From sequence record MZ444140.1: a stretch of 64,000 nt of DNA; one strand, written 5' to 3'. The position numbers were made by a program, and so were the translations under genes. The notes below the pieces were generated by a model, which saw only the letters and a list, made by a program, of their open reading frames with translations, searched no databases and had not been told where the DNA came from. Positions within the stretch are counted from its first letter, which is position 1, and every line of letters begins with the position of its first letter. Of this stretch, positions 55,568 through 64,000 are shown piece by piece.

Positions 55568-55825
55568 TTATAATTTAGAAATAGGTTTTAATACCGTATC
55601 TTTTTCATTGAATGGATTATAAACTTTATGCGGATTAATCATCTTTAGTTGCTCATTCTTTCTTTCTAAATAAGCATCTGATGGTTTAATTGTTTTAGTT
55701 TTCCAAAAGTCATCGATTGGTTTTAACTTATCCATTTCTGACTGTTCGTTATCAAAAGGAGTTTCCCGATTTCTTAGTCGGGTCGAATTGAATAGGAGTC
55801 GTAAACTCCCGTCGTAATTCCTCAT
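55568..55825 (-). CDS. hypothetical basic protein
   Basis: ORF track. Confidence 0.5.
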   Translation of the reverse strand: MRNYDGSLRLLFNSTRLRNRETPFDNEQSEMDKLKPIDDFWKTKTIKPSDAYLERKNEQLKMINPHKVYNPFNEKDTVLKPISKL

Positions 55826-55941
55826 CTAAATTCTTCTCTTGAATTAATTTAGGAAAATGTTTTCTAACTGTTTTAATTGAAGCTATTAAATTGGAATAGG
55901 CTTTTTCTATGGACATTTTTATAACTCAAAATACATTATAA

Positions 55942-55965
55942 AGACAGTGGCTAAAACCACTGTCT
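55942..55965 (-). terminator. intrinsic terminator
   Basis: AGACAGTGG-CTAAAA-CCACTGTCT. Confidence 0.7.
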
Positions 55966-56076
55966 AATTATTTCCCATAATGATCCACCTATAACTGCAC
56001 TTAGAAAAAGCATTTTGAATATGGGTGGTTCTTCTTGTTCATGTTGCATGTCTGATTTATTATTTTCGCTAGCCAT
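55951..56076 (-). CDS. 41-aa peptide with C-terminal hydrophobic segment; absent from ORF track
   Basis: MASENNK...MLFLSAVIGGSLWEIIRQWF. Confidence 0.5.
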   Translation of the reverse strand: MASENNKSDMQHEQEEPPIFKMLFLSAVIGGSLWEIIRQWF

Positions 56077-56087
56077 TTTCTTTTACT

Positions 56088-56420
56088 CTAATGCCCACCA
56101 TATTCTCTAATTTTCTCACCATCCCAAAACTCATAACCAGTCATATTGTGATTAAATGGCTTTATTTTAGTAAACCCACTACGATAGATCCAGAAATGAC
56201 CAGTGCCTCTTTTTAAGCGGCACTTATACATTGCTTTTTTCTCATATTCCGTGGGAGGGCTAATTTCTAGAACTTCAAGTTCATCACCCCGTATACAGAA
56301 TAGCGCTGGTGGATGCTCACAGGATGCTTTCATACCGAGAACACCTGTTGACCAAACTGTATCACCTGGCTTAATAACAGTGATGTCATTTGATACAGGT
56401 ATTACAGGAATTGCACACAT
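56088..56420 (-). CDS. SH3-like protein (tentative); likely start MCAIP
   Basis: IKPGDTV...RGDELEVL; SD GGAG. Confidence 0.55.
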   Translation of the reverse strand: MCAIPVIPVSNDITVIKPGDTVWSTGVLGMKASCEHPPALFCIRGDELEVLEISPPTEYEKKAMYKCRLKRGTGHFWIYRSGFTKIKPFNHNMTGYEFWDGEKIREYGGH

Positions 56421-56547
56421 ATTAGATGCTCCAGAGTAATTACCTCCAAAGAGCAAACACTGATATATTCATAGTCTGCTCTTTAGTAATATTTAAGAAG
56501 TTGGAATACTCATACTGGAGATAAACTAATGTCCATTTATACTAATC

Positions 56548-57150
56548 TCATTGTGTATAATAATTCTTTTTGAGATTATCCATATCGTAAGAATCATGTT
56601 TGAACTCAAACTTCTTAGCTATCTCACTCGAAAAAGCTTGTTTACGTTTTTCTTCTTGTTCACGGATATCGTAAGGACCATTCTCTTTAACAAGATATTT
56701 TTTATACGGCCCAGTTCCTTGGATATATCCATCAGGAATAATGGTTGTGAGATATTTAGCCTCTACCAACCGGATGCACCGTCCATAACCAACTTCATTG
56801 GCATGACGAACTTGGATTAGTTGTCTATTCTTGGCAATACGTTCAGATATGCATGGGAAGTAAACCGGATCATCTCCTTTTTTACAGTTACCCATATCAA
56901 CCTTTGCGTACAGAATTTTTCTATGATTGGCTTCGAAGAAAGCCCGAGCTTCACGAATACGTTGGGACCGAATAGCTTCCTTAGTTCTGACATTCTTTAG
57001 ATGTGCAGGTTGTAAAAAAGGATTCATCTTTCGCACGTGACGTTGGATAAGTTTTGTCGTGTAATGAGGTGAATCATTAGCCATAGCCAGTAGGCTATTG
57101 TACATCTCAATCGACATGATTACTTGCTGCGGGTCATTATTGCGCTGCAT
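56548..57150 (-). CDS. basic hypothetical protein, paralogue of 32263
   Basis: VIMSIEMY..L...IQRHVRKMN...IREARAFF. Confidence 0.75.
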   Translation of the reverse strand: MQRNNDPQQVIMSIEMYNSLLAMANDSPHYTTKLIQRHVRKMNPFLQPAHLKNVRTKEAIRSQRIREARAFFEANHRKILYAKVDMGNCKKGDDPVYFPCISERIAKNRQLIQVRHANEVGYGRCIRLVEAKYLTTIIPDGYIQGTGPYKKYLVKENGPYDIREQEEKRKQAFSSEIAKKFEFKHDSYDMDNLKKNYYTQ

Positions 57151-57257
57151 GCTGATCTCCGTATGTGAAATAATGCTTTACTTTAAGGTCATCAGGATTA
57201 TAAATAACACGTTGGAATTCATGTTTCTTCGCTAGTTTAAAAGCAGCTTACTTTTCC

Positions 57258-58358
57258 TTAGAAACCTACACGACTTGCTTTGCGTGGGCTACTGCAAGAA
57301 CTAGTATTCAATGCTTCAGCTAAAGTAAGATTATTACCGACAAACTCAACTGGATCTAGACCATTAGCTAAACGAGCTGCATTCGCTTGTTCAGCAGTAA
57401 GTGTTTTGAAGGTAAGAATATCGAAAGCACGGCCAGGTCGAACTAAAGCTTCATCAACATCACGAAGAGTCGGAAGATTAGTAGAAATGATAATCTTGGT
57501 CTTAGTAGATACTAGACCAGCTGTAGCATTTAATAGCCCTGACATATTACTATTACCATCTACACGTTTAGCCACCATTTTATCAGAGTCTTCTGTAATA
57601 ATGAGTGAATTATCCTCAACACCACGAATAAAATTAGTCAAACCGGCGTGGCCAAGTACATCATCTTGATCAGCTAGATACACATTACGATCATTATAAC
57701 CACGAGCCCGAATAATCTCATTGATATAATTAGACTTACCAGTACCAGGAGGACCAATCAATAGTAGAACATTAGATTCAGATGCAGCGAATTCAGTCCA
57801 GATTTCAGCTGGAGATCGATCTAGGAATGGATACATTTCCATCATATTTGGATTGTAGTTACGAACAGAAATAACTTCACTAAAGCTATATAGTTCATTA
57901 TTTTGATAGTTAACCCGAATTCTTTTAATACTAGGTGGACGAGTCTGATCAAATACTTCTTCAAAACGTAATTTAAATACTTTGATCAGTTCTTCATTGG
58001 AGTATAATCTAAAGTTCTGACTAGTGGTACCTTCCATTCCATTCATTAGGAAACCAATGATTCCTTCATCATCTAGTAATGCAAAACCACCACTAATTCT
58101 GAATGCTTTCAGATTTAAAGGGCTTATAACTTCATCACATAGTTTGTAAATTTGTTCTTTGATGAATTCTTTTCTATCAACTCCAAAAGGATAGTGAATA
58201 CGTAGATCTTCACTATCTGAACTAATTCCCTGTTCATTAAGAGTATAGCGATATGCATTGGAAATTGCACGGCCATTATCAACCTCCATAGCAATGGAGA
58301 TAAAACGATCAATCCACTTCTGCTGGACTAACGTAAGTTTGCTATTACGATAATTCAT
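57258..58358 (-). CDS. AAA+ ATPase
   Basis: GPPGTGKS, IITEDSD, MSGLLN, STN, ALVRPGRAFD. Confidence 0.9.
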   Translation of the reverse strand: MNYRNSKLTLVQQKWIDRFISIAMEVDNGRAISNAYRYTLNEQGISSDSEDLRIHYPFGVDRKEFIKEQIYKLCDEVISPLNLKAFRISGGFALLDDEGIIGFLMNGMEGTTSQNFRLYSNEELIKVFKLRFEEVFDQTRPPSIKRIRVNYQNNELYSFSEVISVRNYNPNMMEMYPFLDRSPAEIWTEFAASESNVLLLIGPPGTGKSNYINEIIRARGYNDRNVYLADQDDVLGHAGLTNFIRGVEDNSLIITEDSDKMVAKRVDGNSNMSGLLNATAGLVSTKTKIIISTNLPTLRDVDEALVRPGRAFDILTFKTLTAEQANAARLANGLDPVEFVGNNLTLAEALNTSSCSSPRKASRVGF

Positions 58359-58399
58359 TTGATGTTCCTTTTCTAATTGATAATCTAATTTGAGACGAT

Positions 58400-58429
58400 A
58401 TAAACCCTCCTACTAAGAGGAGGGTTTAT
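58400..58429 (-). terminator. intrinsic terminator
   Basis: ATAAACCCTCCT-ACTAAG-AGGAGGGTTTAT. Confidence 0.8.
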
Positions 58430-58461
58430 TTTGGCTATTATAACTAATTCATTTGAGAAAA

Positions 58462-59115
58462 TTAATTATTATATTCATCCATCAATTCAGGTAGACGGCT
58501 ATCTCTAGGATCTAAGATTTCAGACCAATCAATTGGCATATATGGCTCATCAGATTCATTTTTATTTAACCATTCTTCTAGTCTCTTTACATCATCGGAC
58601 CAGTATAGGTTATACATAGTTGGCACATTTGCATCTAATGCCAACTGCCACGCTGTATTAGTACCACCACTAATTACAGAGGTTGGTGTCTTTTGTTCAC
58701 CGTATGCAATAATAGTTGAAACAGGTTCACGTAAAGTATGGCCATGAATTTGAAATACATTACGAGTATGTAGTTCAATACCTGTTCTACCTAAACCATT
58801 GAAACTTCCCCGAGCTGCACAGGCCATTGCCATAGCTGTGGGAATGGTATCAGTATATACGGAGGCATCATGAAACCACGCTAGATTCTCAATTCGTCTT
58901 CCAAGAAATCCATTTCGAATAATGTAAATACGACTTTCTACTGTATCCCATTTATCAGACTGAATTGCACCATACCAACCAGCTCTATCTGATCCATATG
59001 CATCGCCTGATGAAATACCTATACCTAGATCAACAAATGTTCTTCCTGCGCGTATCATCAATTCTAGGGCCCATGTAGGGGCATAGCGACTACCGACAAT
59101 AGCTGTCATTGCCAT
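58462..59115 (-). CDS. SLOG-superfamily (DprA/SMF-like) nucleotide-binding protein
   Basis: AIVGSR..P, SSGDA.G.D, RN..IHG, GGT..A. Confidence 0.75.
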   Translation of the reverse strand: MAMTAIVGSRYAPTWALELMIRAGRTFVDLGIGISSGDAYGSDRAGWYGAIQSDKWDTVESRIYIIRNGFLGRRIENLAWFHDASVYTDTIPTAMAMACAARGSFNGLGRTGIELHTRNVFQIHGHTLREPVSTIIAYGEQKTPTSVISGGTNTAWQLALDANVPTMYNLYWSDDVKRLEEWLNKNESDEPYMPIDWSEILDPRDSRLPELMDEYNN

Positions 59116-59825
59116 TATCTAACCCTCATTAGAAGACGGATATCACCGTACTTAAGAACGGCATTTCGGACTTGATAAATAAAAGGTTTAAATTCTTTTC
59201 GCTGTTGATCAGCCGTGAGTGTATAAGTTACTTTGATAGGTTCATTAGGAACATTGCAGAAAGATAGATAACGCGATACTCGACGTAGATTACGTAGGTG
59301 ATTCTTACCACATTTAGGCCCGACTCGTTGTAACCGACCGTCGATAACCTTCCAATCATAATTAGCTTTAAGGTTTAGAGAATAAAAACTTTCAGTTAAA
59401 TTCTTATAATACTGTAATTGTTTTTGAGAGATTTTATTAATTTTTGGTTCATCTGTTACAAGACGTGGGCTATACCGTGAATAACAATCTGGTTCTGACA
59501 TACGATCCCAGGACATATAAGTATATAGACTCATATATACTGTTTTAGTAACTGGTTTAAGCTCACTCATACCTTTTAGAATAGCTTCACCACTAATCCA
59601 TGCATCACAGCGTGGATCATCATCATAACTACTCCACCATTCTGGTTTCTTTTTCAGATCATCAGGAACACCATTATGGTAAGCAAATGGTTTTACATCC
59701 CAATAATTGCGAATATCAAGTAGATATGCATAAAGATCATAATTCTGTGTTAGTTCAATATCTTCGATACCAATCCATTCATTATTTACTTTAGCTTGAG
59801 TTTCTAAATATACATAATCACCCAT
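59115..59825 (-). CDS. conserved phage hypothetical protein
   Basis: MG..V.LE...W...QNYDLYAYL.DIRN...G.P.D. Confidence 0.7.
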   Translation of the reverse strand: MGDYVYLETQAKVNNEWIGIEDIELTQNYDLYAYLLDIRNYWDVKPFAYHNGVPDDLKKKPEWWSSYDDDPRCDAWISGEAILKGMSELKPVTKTVYMSLYTYMSWDRMSEPDCYSRYSPRLVTDEPKINKISQKQLQYYKNLTESFYSLNLKANYDWKVIDGRLQRVGPKCGKNHLRNLRRVSRYLSFCNVPNEPIKVTYTLTADQQRKEFKPFIYQVRNAVLKYGDIRLLMRVR

Positions 59826-60029
59826 TTTCTTTATTTCCTGTATTAGATTAATATAAATGTTTTATAACAACTATTTCAATATTGAATAACGTATTATTGG
59901 TTGTTTTAATTTACTACTCAACCTGATAATGTGTAATACGTCTATCTATATATCTCTTTTCTCTGGTGAAGAGCATTAGCATTATTCCAAGGTAGAGTCC
60001 TTATTCTATTAAACATATGAGTAAATAAT

Positions 60030-60051
60030 CCCTCCCCTTTATTGGGGAGGG
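60030..60051 (-). terminator. hairpin terminator
   Basis: CCCTCCCC-TTTATT-GGGGAGGG. Confidence 0.75.
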
Positions 60052-60067
60052 TATATGTTATCTTAAT

Positions 60068-60469
60068 TCATGCTTTTGAAAGATCATATTTAATAGCTTC
60101 ATCTTTCATAGGAGTTAATACAATAGTCACTTTTTCAAAACCATGTATATCCCTACCATTATAAGAAATATCAATACTCTCCCAATCCTGGTTAACTACT
60201 TCAGCATGAAGAATATTTTTAATATTGATAGCATCTGTTTTATCAAACCATTTAAAAACCTTTGGGTTAAATACAAGTTCGAAAGTAGTTTGATATGGAT
60301 AGCTTTTCTGTTTAACAAGCCTACTAGATGCTAGTGATGTATTCTCAATGTTTCGAATAACATCAATCATTGCTTTACGGATAGTAAGTAATTTACTTTT
60401 CAGAACCAAATCAATAAATGCTGGATCAGTTGTCATTACTTCTTTTACAGATGGAAATGTGATTTCCAT
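60068..60469 (-). CDS. hypothetical protein
   Basis: SD GAGGA. Confidence 0.7.
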   Translation of the reverse strand: MEITFPSVKEVMTTDPAFIDLVLKSKLLTIRKAMIDVIRNIENTSLASSRLVKQKSYPYQTTFELVFNPKVFKWFDKTDAINIKNILHAEVVNQDWESIDISYNGRDIHGFEKVTIVLTPMKDEAIKYDLSKA

Positions 60470-60485
60470 AGCATCCTCTTATAGG

Positions 60486-60662
60486 TTAATTATTAAAAGA
60501 TAAATCATAATCACTTTGTCTGCGATTCGGATTAACAGGATCAGGATATTTTCCAGTTTTGATAACTTCTTTTATGGCTCTAAAATCACGTTCTAGAAAA
60601 TCTAGTTTTTTAACTAACTCTTTTTCTAATTCTTTATTGAGTAGTCTTCTTAATTTGCTCAT
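60486..60662 (-). CDS. 58-aa protein (MSKLRRLLNKELEKE...); absent from ORF track
   Basis: Hand translation; fills gap, overlaps upstream gene. Confidence 0.6.
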   Translation of the reverse strand: MSKLRRLLNKELEKELVKKLDFLERDFRAIKEVIKTGKYPDPVNPNRRQSDYDLSFNN

Positions 60663-61029
60663 CTACGTATACTCTTACAATGAACCAATTGATTAGGCCA
60701 AAACCTTTTGGTGTGATGGTAATGTCATCTTTATATCCATTTTTAGTGATTACATTACGTAATACTTTAATTGCTTCAGGTGGAATAAGATTAGCATTAC
60801 CGGTAACACTATACTCGAAATAATAACCTACACCTGGTAAATAACCTGATGCAATCTGGTTAGTACCTGTGATATTACTAACGTGTTGGAAGTCACTAAA
60901 AGCATTCTTGTAGAATAACAAAATATTAGGAATTACTTCATCCCTAATAGTAGAACTAGTAATGACATCCGCCGATGGAAAATAAGGTACTAATTCATCT
61001 GTTACATTGGTGCTATTAATATCGGACAT
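60634..61029 (-). CDS. hypothetical protein
   Basis: First gene after promoter 61076; SD GAGGA. Confidence 0.7.
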   Translation of the reverse strand: MSDINSTNVTDELVPYFPSADVITSSTIRDEVIPNILLFYKNAFSDFQHVSNITGTNQIASGYLPGVGYYFEYSVTGNANLIPPEAIKVLRNVITKNGYKDDITITPKGFGLINWFIVRVYVDEQIKKTTQ

Positions 61030-61075
61030 AATCTTTTCCTCATTATAAAAGGATAAATATCTTTATGGTAATCCT

Positions 61076-61083
61076 GTAATATA
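61076..61083 (-). promoter_or_regulatory. early promoter TATATTAC
   Basis: Minus ...AATTAATTTAAATCTATATTACA. Confidence 0.8.
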
Positions 61084-61111
61084 GATTTAAATTAATTTAT
61101 AATGAATGGCA

Positions 61112-61138
61112 TAAAGGAGCCCCTGGTGGGCTCCTTTA
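61112..61138. terminator. hairpin terminator
   Basis: TAAAGGAGCCC-CTGGT-GGGCTCCTTTA. Confidence 0.8.
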
Positions 61139-61140
61139 AT

Positions 61141-61310
61141 GTAATAGGTCCGACCCCTATCTAGAGGTCGGTGAGTAGCAAGGCACCGTAGTTGGGGTTC
61201 GTGTCGTTCCTGACGATACTTTAGTACCCCGGTTTATTTACGACTGGATCACCCCCTTAAAGTGCAGTGCGTTTTACGCAAACTGCCTTGCTCTATATCA
61301 TTGCACTGTG
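61141..61310. ncRNA. candidate multi-stem structured RNA (about 49% GC)
   Basis: Long-range AGCAAGGCA/TGCCTTGCT helix enclosing nested stems; no ORF. Confidence 0.45.
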
Positions 61311-61379
61311 CGTATTTTTATTCGTTAGCTAATCTTATGACTTAGAGTTATATTTACATACCCCTTAAGGAAAAATGCA

Positions 61380-63491
61380 ATGATAGACTCATTTAGGAAG
61401 CTAATGGGCTCGCTATCAATTACTGAAACTGATCAAGAAATTATCATCAGTGGTTTTGATGGTGCTGCATTCATTAGAGATATTAACAAGTATTGGCGAA
61501 CCACTAAATTAGCTACGCAGTTATTTAACACGGTTAGTCGTCGTAGTATTTCATTTTATAAATTCTTTGCTCCTGAAATATATTACATGCTAGAAGCAGT
61601 AAAGAATTATAGAAGTAGATACATCTCTATTAAAACTGTTAATGCCATCCGTGAAGCAATGCTTCAATATACCTGGTTAAAAAATACTCGTCCTGTAGAT
61701 ACCAACTCTGTACCAGGTAGACTCAATTTCAAGATGTTAGACAAATTGACATTTACACCAGATGAGTCTCAAAAAGCTTATTTTGAAAATTATAATTATC
61801 GAATTGACCAGTATGGTTTACGTGGTGATATTGTTGCAGGTAAACCTGGTACTGGTAAGACATTCATGACGATGGCTATTGCTGAAATGGTTGAGTCGGA
61901 TATCATTATAGTTGTTTGTGAAAAGAAGTCTATTGATCTAATATGGAAGCCATCTATTATTGAGATGTATAAGGAAAGACAAAAAGTATGGTCGACCATT
62001 GATGATAAAGCCTACAACGGTCAAAGAATACTTATATCCCATTACCAGGCGCAAGATAAAATAATTGATCTATTAAGAAGCGGTATATTCAAAGGTAAGA
62101 ACATTACGGTGATTCTGGATGAATCACACAATATGAACGATCCTAATTCTGCACAATCTCTTAAGTTCCAGCAAATATGTTTTATGTCTAACTCTAATAA
62201 CAGATTATTAGCGTCAGGTACCCCTGTTAAAGCACTTGGTTCTGAATTAGTAAGTGCATTAAGAGTATTAGACGATCTCTTCACCAATGAGGTTGAAGAA
62301 CGTTTTAAGAAAGCATTTGGAAAAGAGACACAGAAAGGATTAGATATTGTCCAACATCGCTTTGGGTTAATTGCGTACGTCATTGAAAAGAAAGATACTG
62401 AGGTTTTACCACCGAGGATAAAAGCGTATCGTATCAAGATACCAAATGGATCACAGTATACTCTTAATGCCATTAAACGTGATTGTGAAGCTTTTATTAG
62501 AGAACGTGTAAAGTTCTATGCTGCGCGCCGACCAGAAGATGAGAAGTATTGGGCTAAACTAATGGTGATACACGAGAACTCTCTTAAGACCCAGGCGCAG
62601 AAAGATGGTTTCGCTCGCTATAAGAATTTGATTAAAATAATTCAGAAGAATCAAGACCCGCGATACATTGGTGAAGAAATTAAAGAATCTAACCAATATG
62701 AAAAAATGTTTATAGAGCCAACTTTACCTCGTAATGAAATAGCTGCTTTTAGAGATATTAAATCAGTTATAAAATACGTTATGCTAAAGATACAAGGTGA
62801 ATGTTTGGGAAGGGTTTTAGGTGCTAAACGCATTCAGTGCCATGTGGACATGGTACCGTATATTGACTGGGTTGGTATCACTGAATCAACTATGAAGAAA
62901 ACGATTGCATTTACATCGTTTGTTGAGGTTGTTGATACTGTTGATAAGTACACCAATAAATTAGGTATGCATCCGGCGGTGGTGTATGGTAAAACCAATG
63001 ACAATTTACCTCAAATAATCAGTAGATTTGAGAAAGACCCTAAATTAAATCCATTGGTAGCTACATATGCTTCCCTTTCAACAGCGGTCCGTATGACGAT
63101 GGCTGATACTATGGTGACAATTAATTCACCGTTTAGGCATTACATTCTAGAACAAGCTATTGCTCGAATTTACCGTAAAGGTCAGGATTCACAAACAGTC
63201 GTATATCAATGTACTCTCGATACAGAAGATGAACCGAATATCTCAACAAGGTCAGATGACATTCTAAAATGGAGTCAGGCAATGGTTGAAGCTATTATGG
63301 GTATTAAATCTCCATTTGAGATCACAGAGTCATTAGAAAGTTATGTTGATAAAAATAATAATTTTGATGAAAATAAAATCATTTATCAGATGCTAAAAGA
63401 ATCATTTGAGAAGTATGACATCGCAATTGATTTTAATGACTTTGATACACGTATGTATAAACCATATCAGCCCGCATATATGCGGTTTTAA
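61380..63491 (+). CDS. SF2 (SNF2-like) helicase
   Basis: GKPGTGKT, VILDESH, LASGTP, motif VI QAIARIYRKGQ. Confidence 0.85.
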   Translation: MIDSFRKLMGSLSITETDQEIIISGFDGAAFIRDINKYWRTTKLATQLFNTVSRRSISFYKFFAPEIYYMLEAVKNYRSRYISIKTVNAIREAMLQYTWLKNTRPVDTNSVPGRLNFKMLDKLTFTPDESQKAYFENYNYRIDQYGLRGDIVAGKPGTGKTFMTMAIAEMVESDIIIVVCEKKSIDLIWKPSIIEMYKERQKVWSTIDDKAYNGQRILISHYQAQDKIIDLLRSGIFKGKNITVILDESHNMNDPNSAQSLKFQQICFMSNSNNRLLASGTPVKALGSELVSALRVLDDLFTNEVEERFKKAFGKETQKGLDIVQHRFGLIAYVIEKKDTEVLPPRIKAYRIKIPNGSQYTLNAIKRDCEAFIRERVKFYAARRPEDEKYWAKLMVIHENSLKTQAQKDGFARYKNLIKIIQKNQDPRYIGEEIKESNQYEKMFIEPTLPRNEIAAFRDIKSVIKYVMLKIQGECLGRVLGAKRIQCHVDMVPYIDWVGITESTMKKTIAFTSFVEVVDTVDKYTNKLGMHPAVVYGKTNDNLPQIISRFEKDPKLNPLVATYASLSTAVRMTMADTMVTINSPFRHYILEQAIARIYRKGQDSQTVVYQCTLDTEDEPNISTRSDDILKWSQAMVEAIMGIKSPFEITESLESYVDKNNNFDENKIIYQMLKESFEKYDIAIDFNDFDTRMYKPYQPAYMRF

Positions 63492-63502
63492 AGGAGACAG
63501 AA

Positions 63503-63973
63503 ATGTCTGATCCACATTCATCTAATACTGGTGAAGATCTTATTCTTGGGCCTGAAGCCACCAGTGAAGAAATGTATAATGCGATTTTAAGGTGGGTTGA
63601 CAAAGTAACAACCATCCTAGAATCTGGTGGTGGCCCTGGTCCAGGTCCTAGTACTGGTTTAAAACCAATTCTATTTCAAACTGGTACATTAAACCCAGGA
63701 GATGTAGTTACTTATGATCTTTCCAAAGTTATTACTTCTATGGGTGATTATACTCTGGCTACAGCCATCGTTGATCTCAAGATTATCGACCCTGAAACTA
63801 CTAGTCCTACTAGTGGTAAGCTTATTAGCGCTTCTGCTAGTATTGGTTGGGATCTCGATTCATCTACAGGGATTTTAAATATCCGTGGGTATAGCCTGTC
63901 TGTACCAATCACTTATTATATTCGAGTTGACTCACCTATTAAGACGGCTGATATTCCCGTGTATACCCCGTAA
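63503..63973 (+). CDS. probable virion/tail-associated protein
   Basis: SD AAGGAG; GGGPGPGP linker and beta-rich C-terminus typical of jumbo-phage tail-associated proteins. Confidence 0.5.
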   Translation: MSDPHSSNTGEDLILGPEATSEEMYNAILRWVDKVTTILESGGGPGPGPSTGLKPILFQTGTLNPGDVVTYDLSKVITSMGDYTLATAIVDLKIIDPETTSPTSGKLISASASIGWDLDSSTGILNIRGYSLSVPITYYIRVDSPIKTADIPVYTP

Positions 63974-63983
63974 GGAGTGAGAA

Positions 63984-64000
63984 ATGCCTTCTATTGTCCC
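63984..64000 (+). CDS. start of next gene (MPSIV...), truncated by window edge
   Basis: SD TAAGGAG. Confidence 0.6.

Noticed and set aside
9833-60334. Numerous + strand ORFs of 60-130 aa overlapping minus-strand genes (e.g. 13458, 41398, 42337, 46611, 57280), and minus-strand shadows over the + genes at both ends
   Set aside because: Antisense shadow frames of real genes, with no SD or motif support
61210-61216. CTGACGA matches the hammerhead core CUGANGA
   Set aside because: No correctly placed GAAA or stem II/III follows

Overview
A 64-kb segment of an AT-rich phiKZ-like jumbo phage (Chimalliviridae-type). The assignment rests on TATATTAC early promoters, an insertion-enlarged thymidylate synthase and phiKZ-style virion paralogues. 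An SspB homologue suggests a gammaproteobacterial host (inference). Layout: (i) 1-8100, mostly + strand: tRNA-Asn, four paralogous virion/tail proteins, tRNA-Thr and small genes. (ii) 8159-61029: about 110 tightly packed minus-strand early/accessory genes, divided into cassettes by repeated terminator-hairpin plus early-promoter modules. (iii) 61380-64000, + strand: SNF2-like helicase and virion genes. Recognisable products: ThyA, dCTP deaminase, CDA-fold deaminase, HD (Mesh1/SpoT-like) hydrolase, RlaP/YcgL-type nucleotidyltransferase, SLOG/DprA-like protein, three AAA proteins, an Ntn-hydrolase peptidase, SspB and two tandem ADP-ribosyltransferase-fold proteins. Most striking observations: a full-length homologue of the mitochondrial folded-protein translocase Bcs1; a family of six exported two-cysteine helical proteins; two GC-rich structured non-coding elements (10337-10400, 61141-61310); and a terminator-promoter cassette system with a 48-bp exact repeat and a visible deletion scar. 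No CRISPR array, integrase, IS element or intron was found. All homology calls are by eye or from memory, and no database searches were run.
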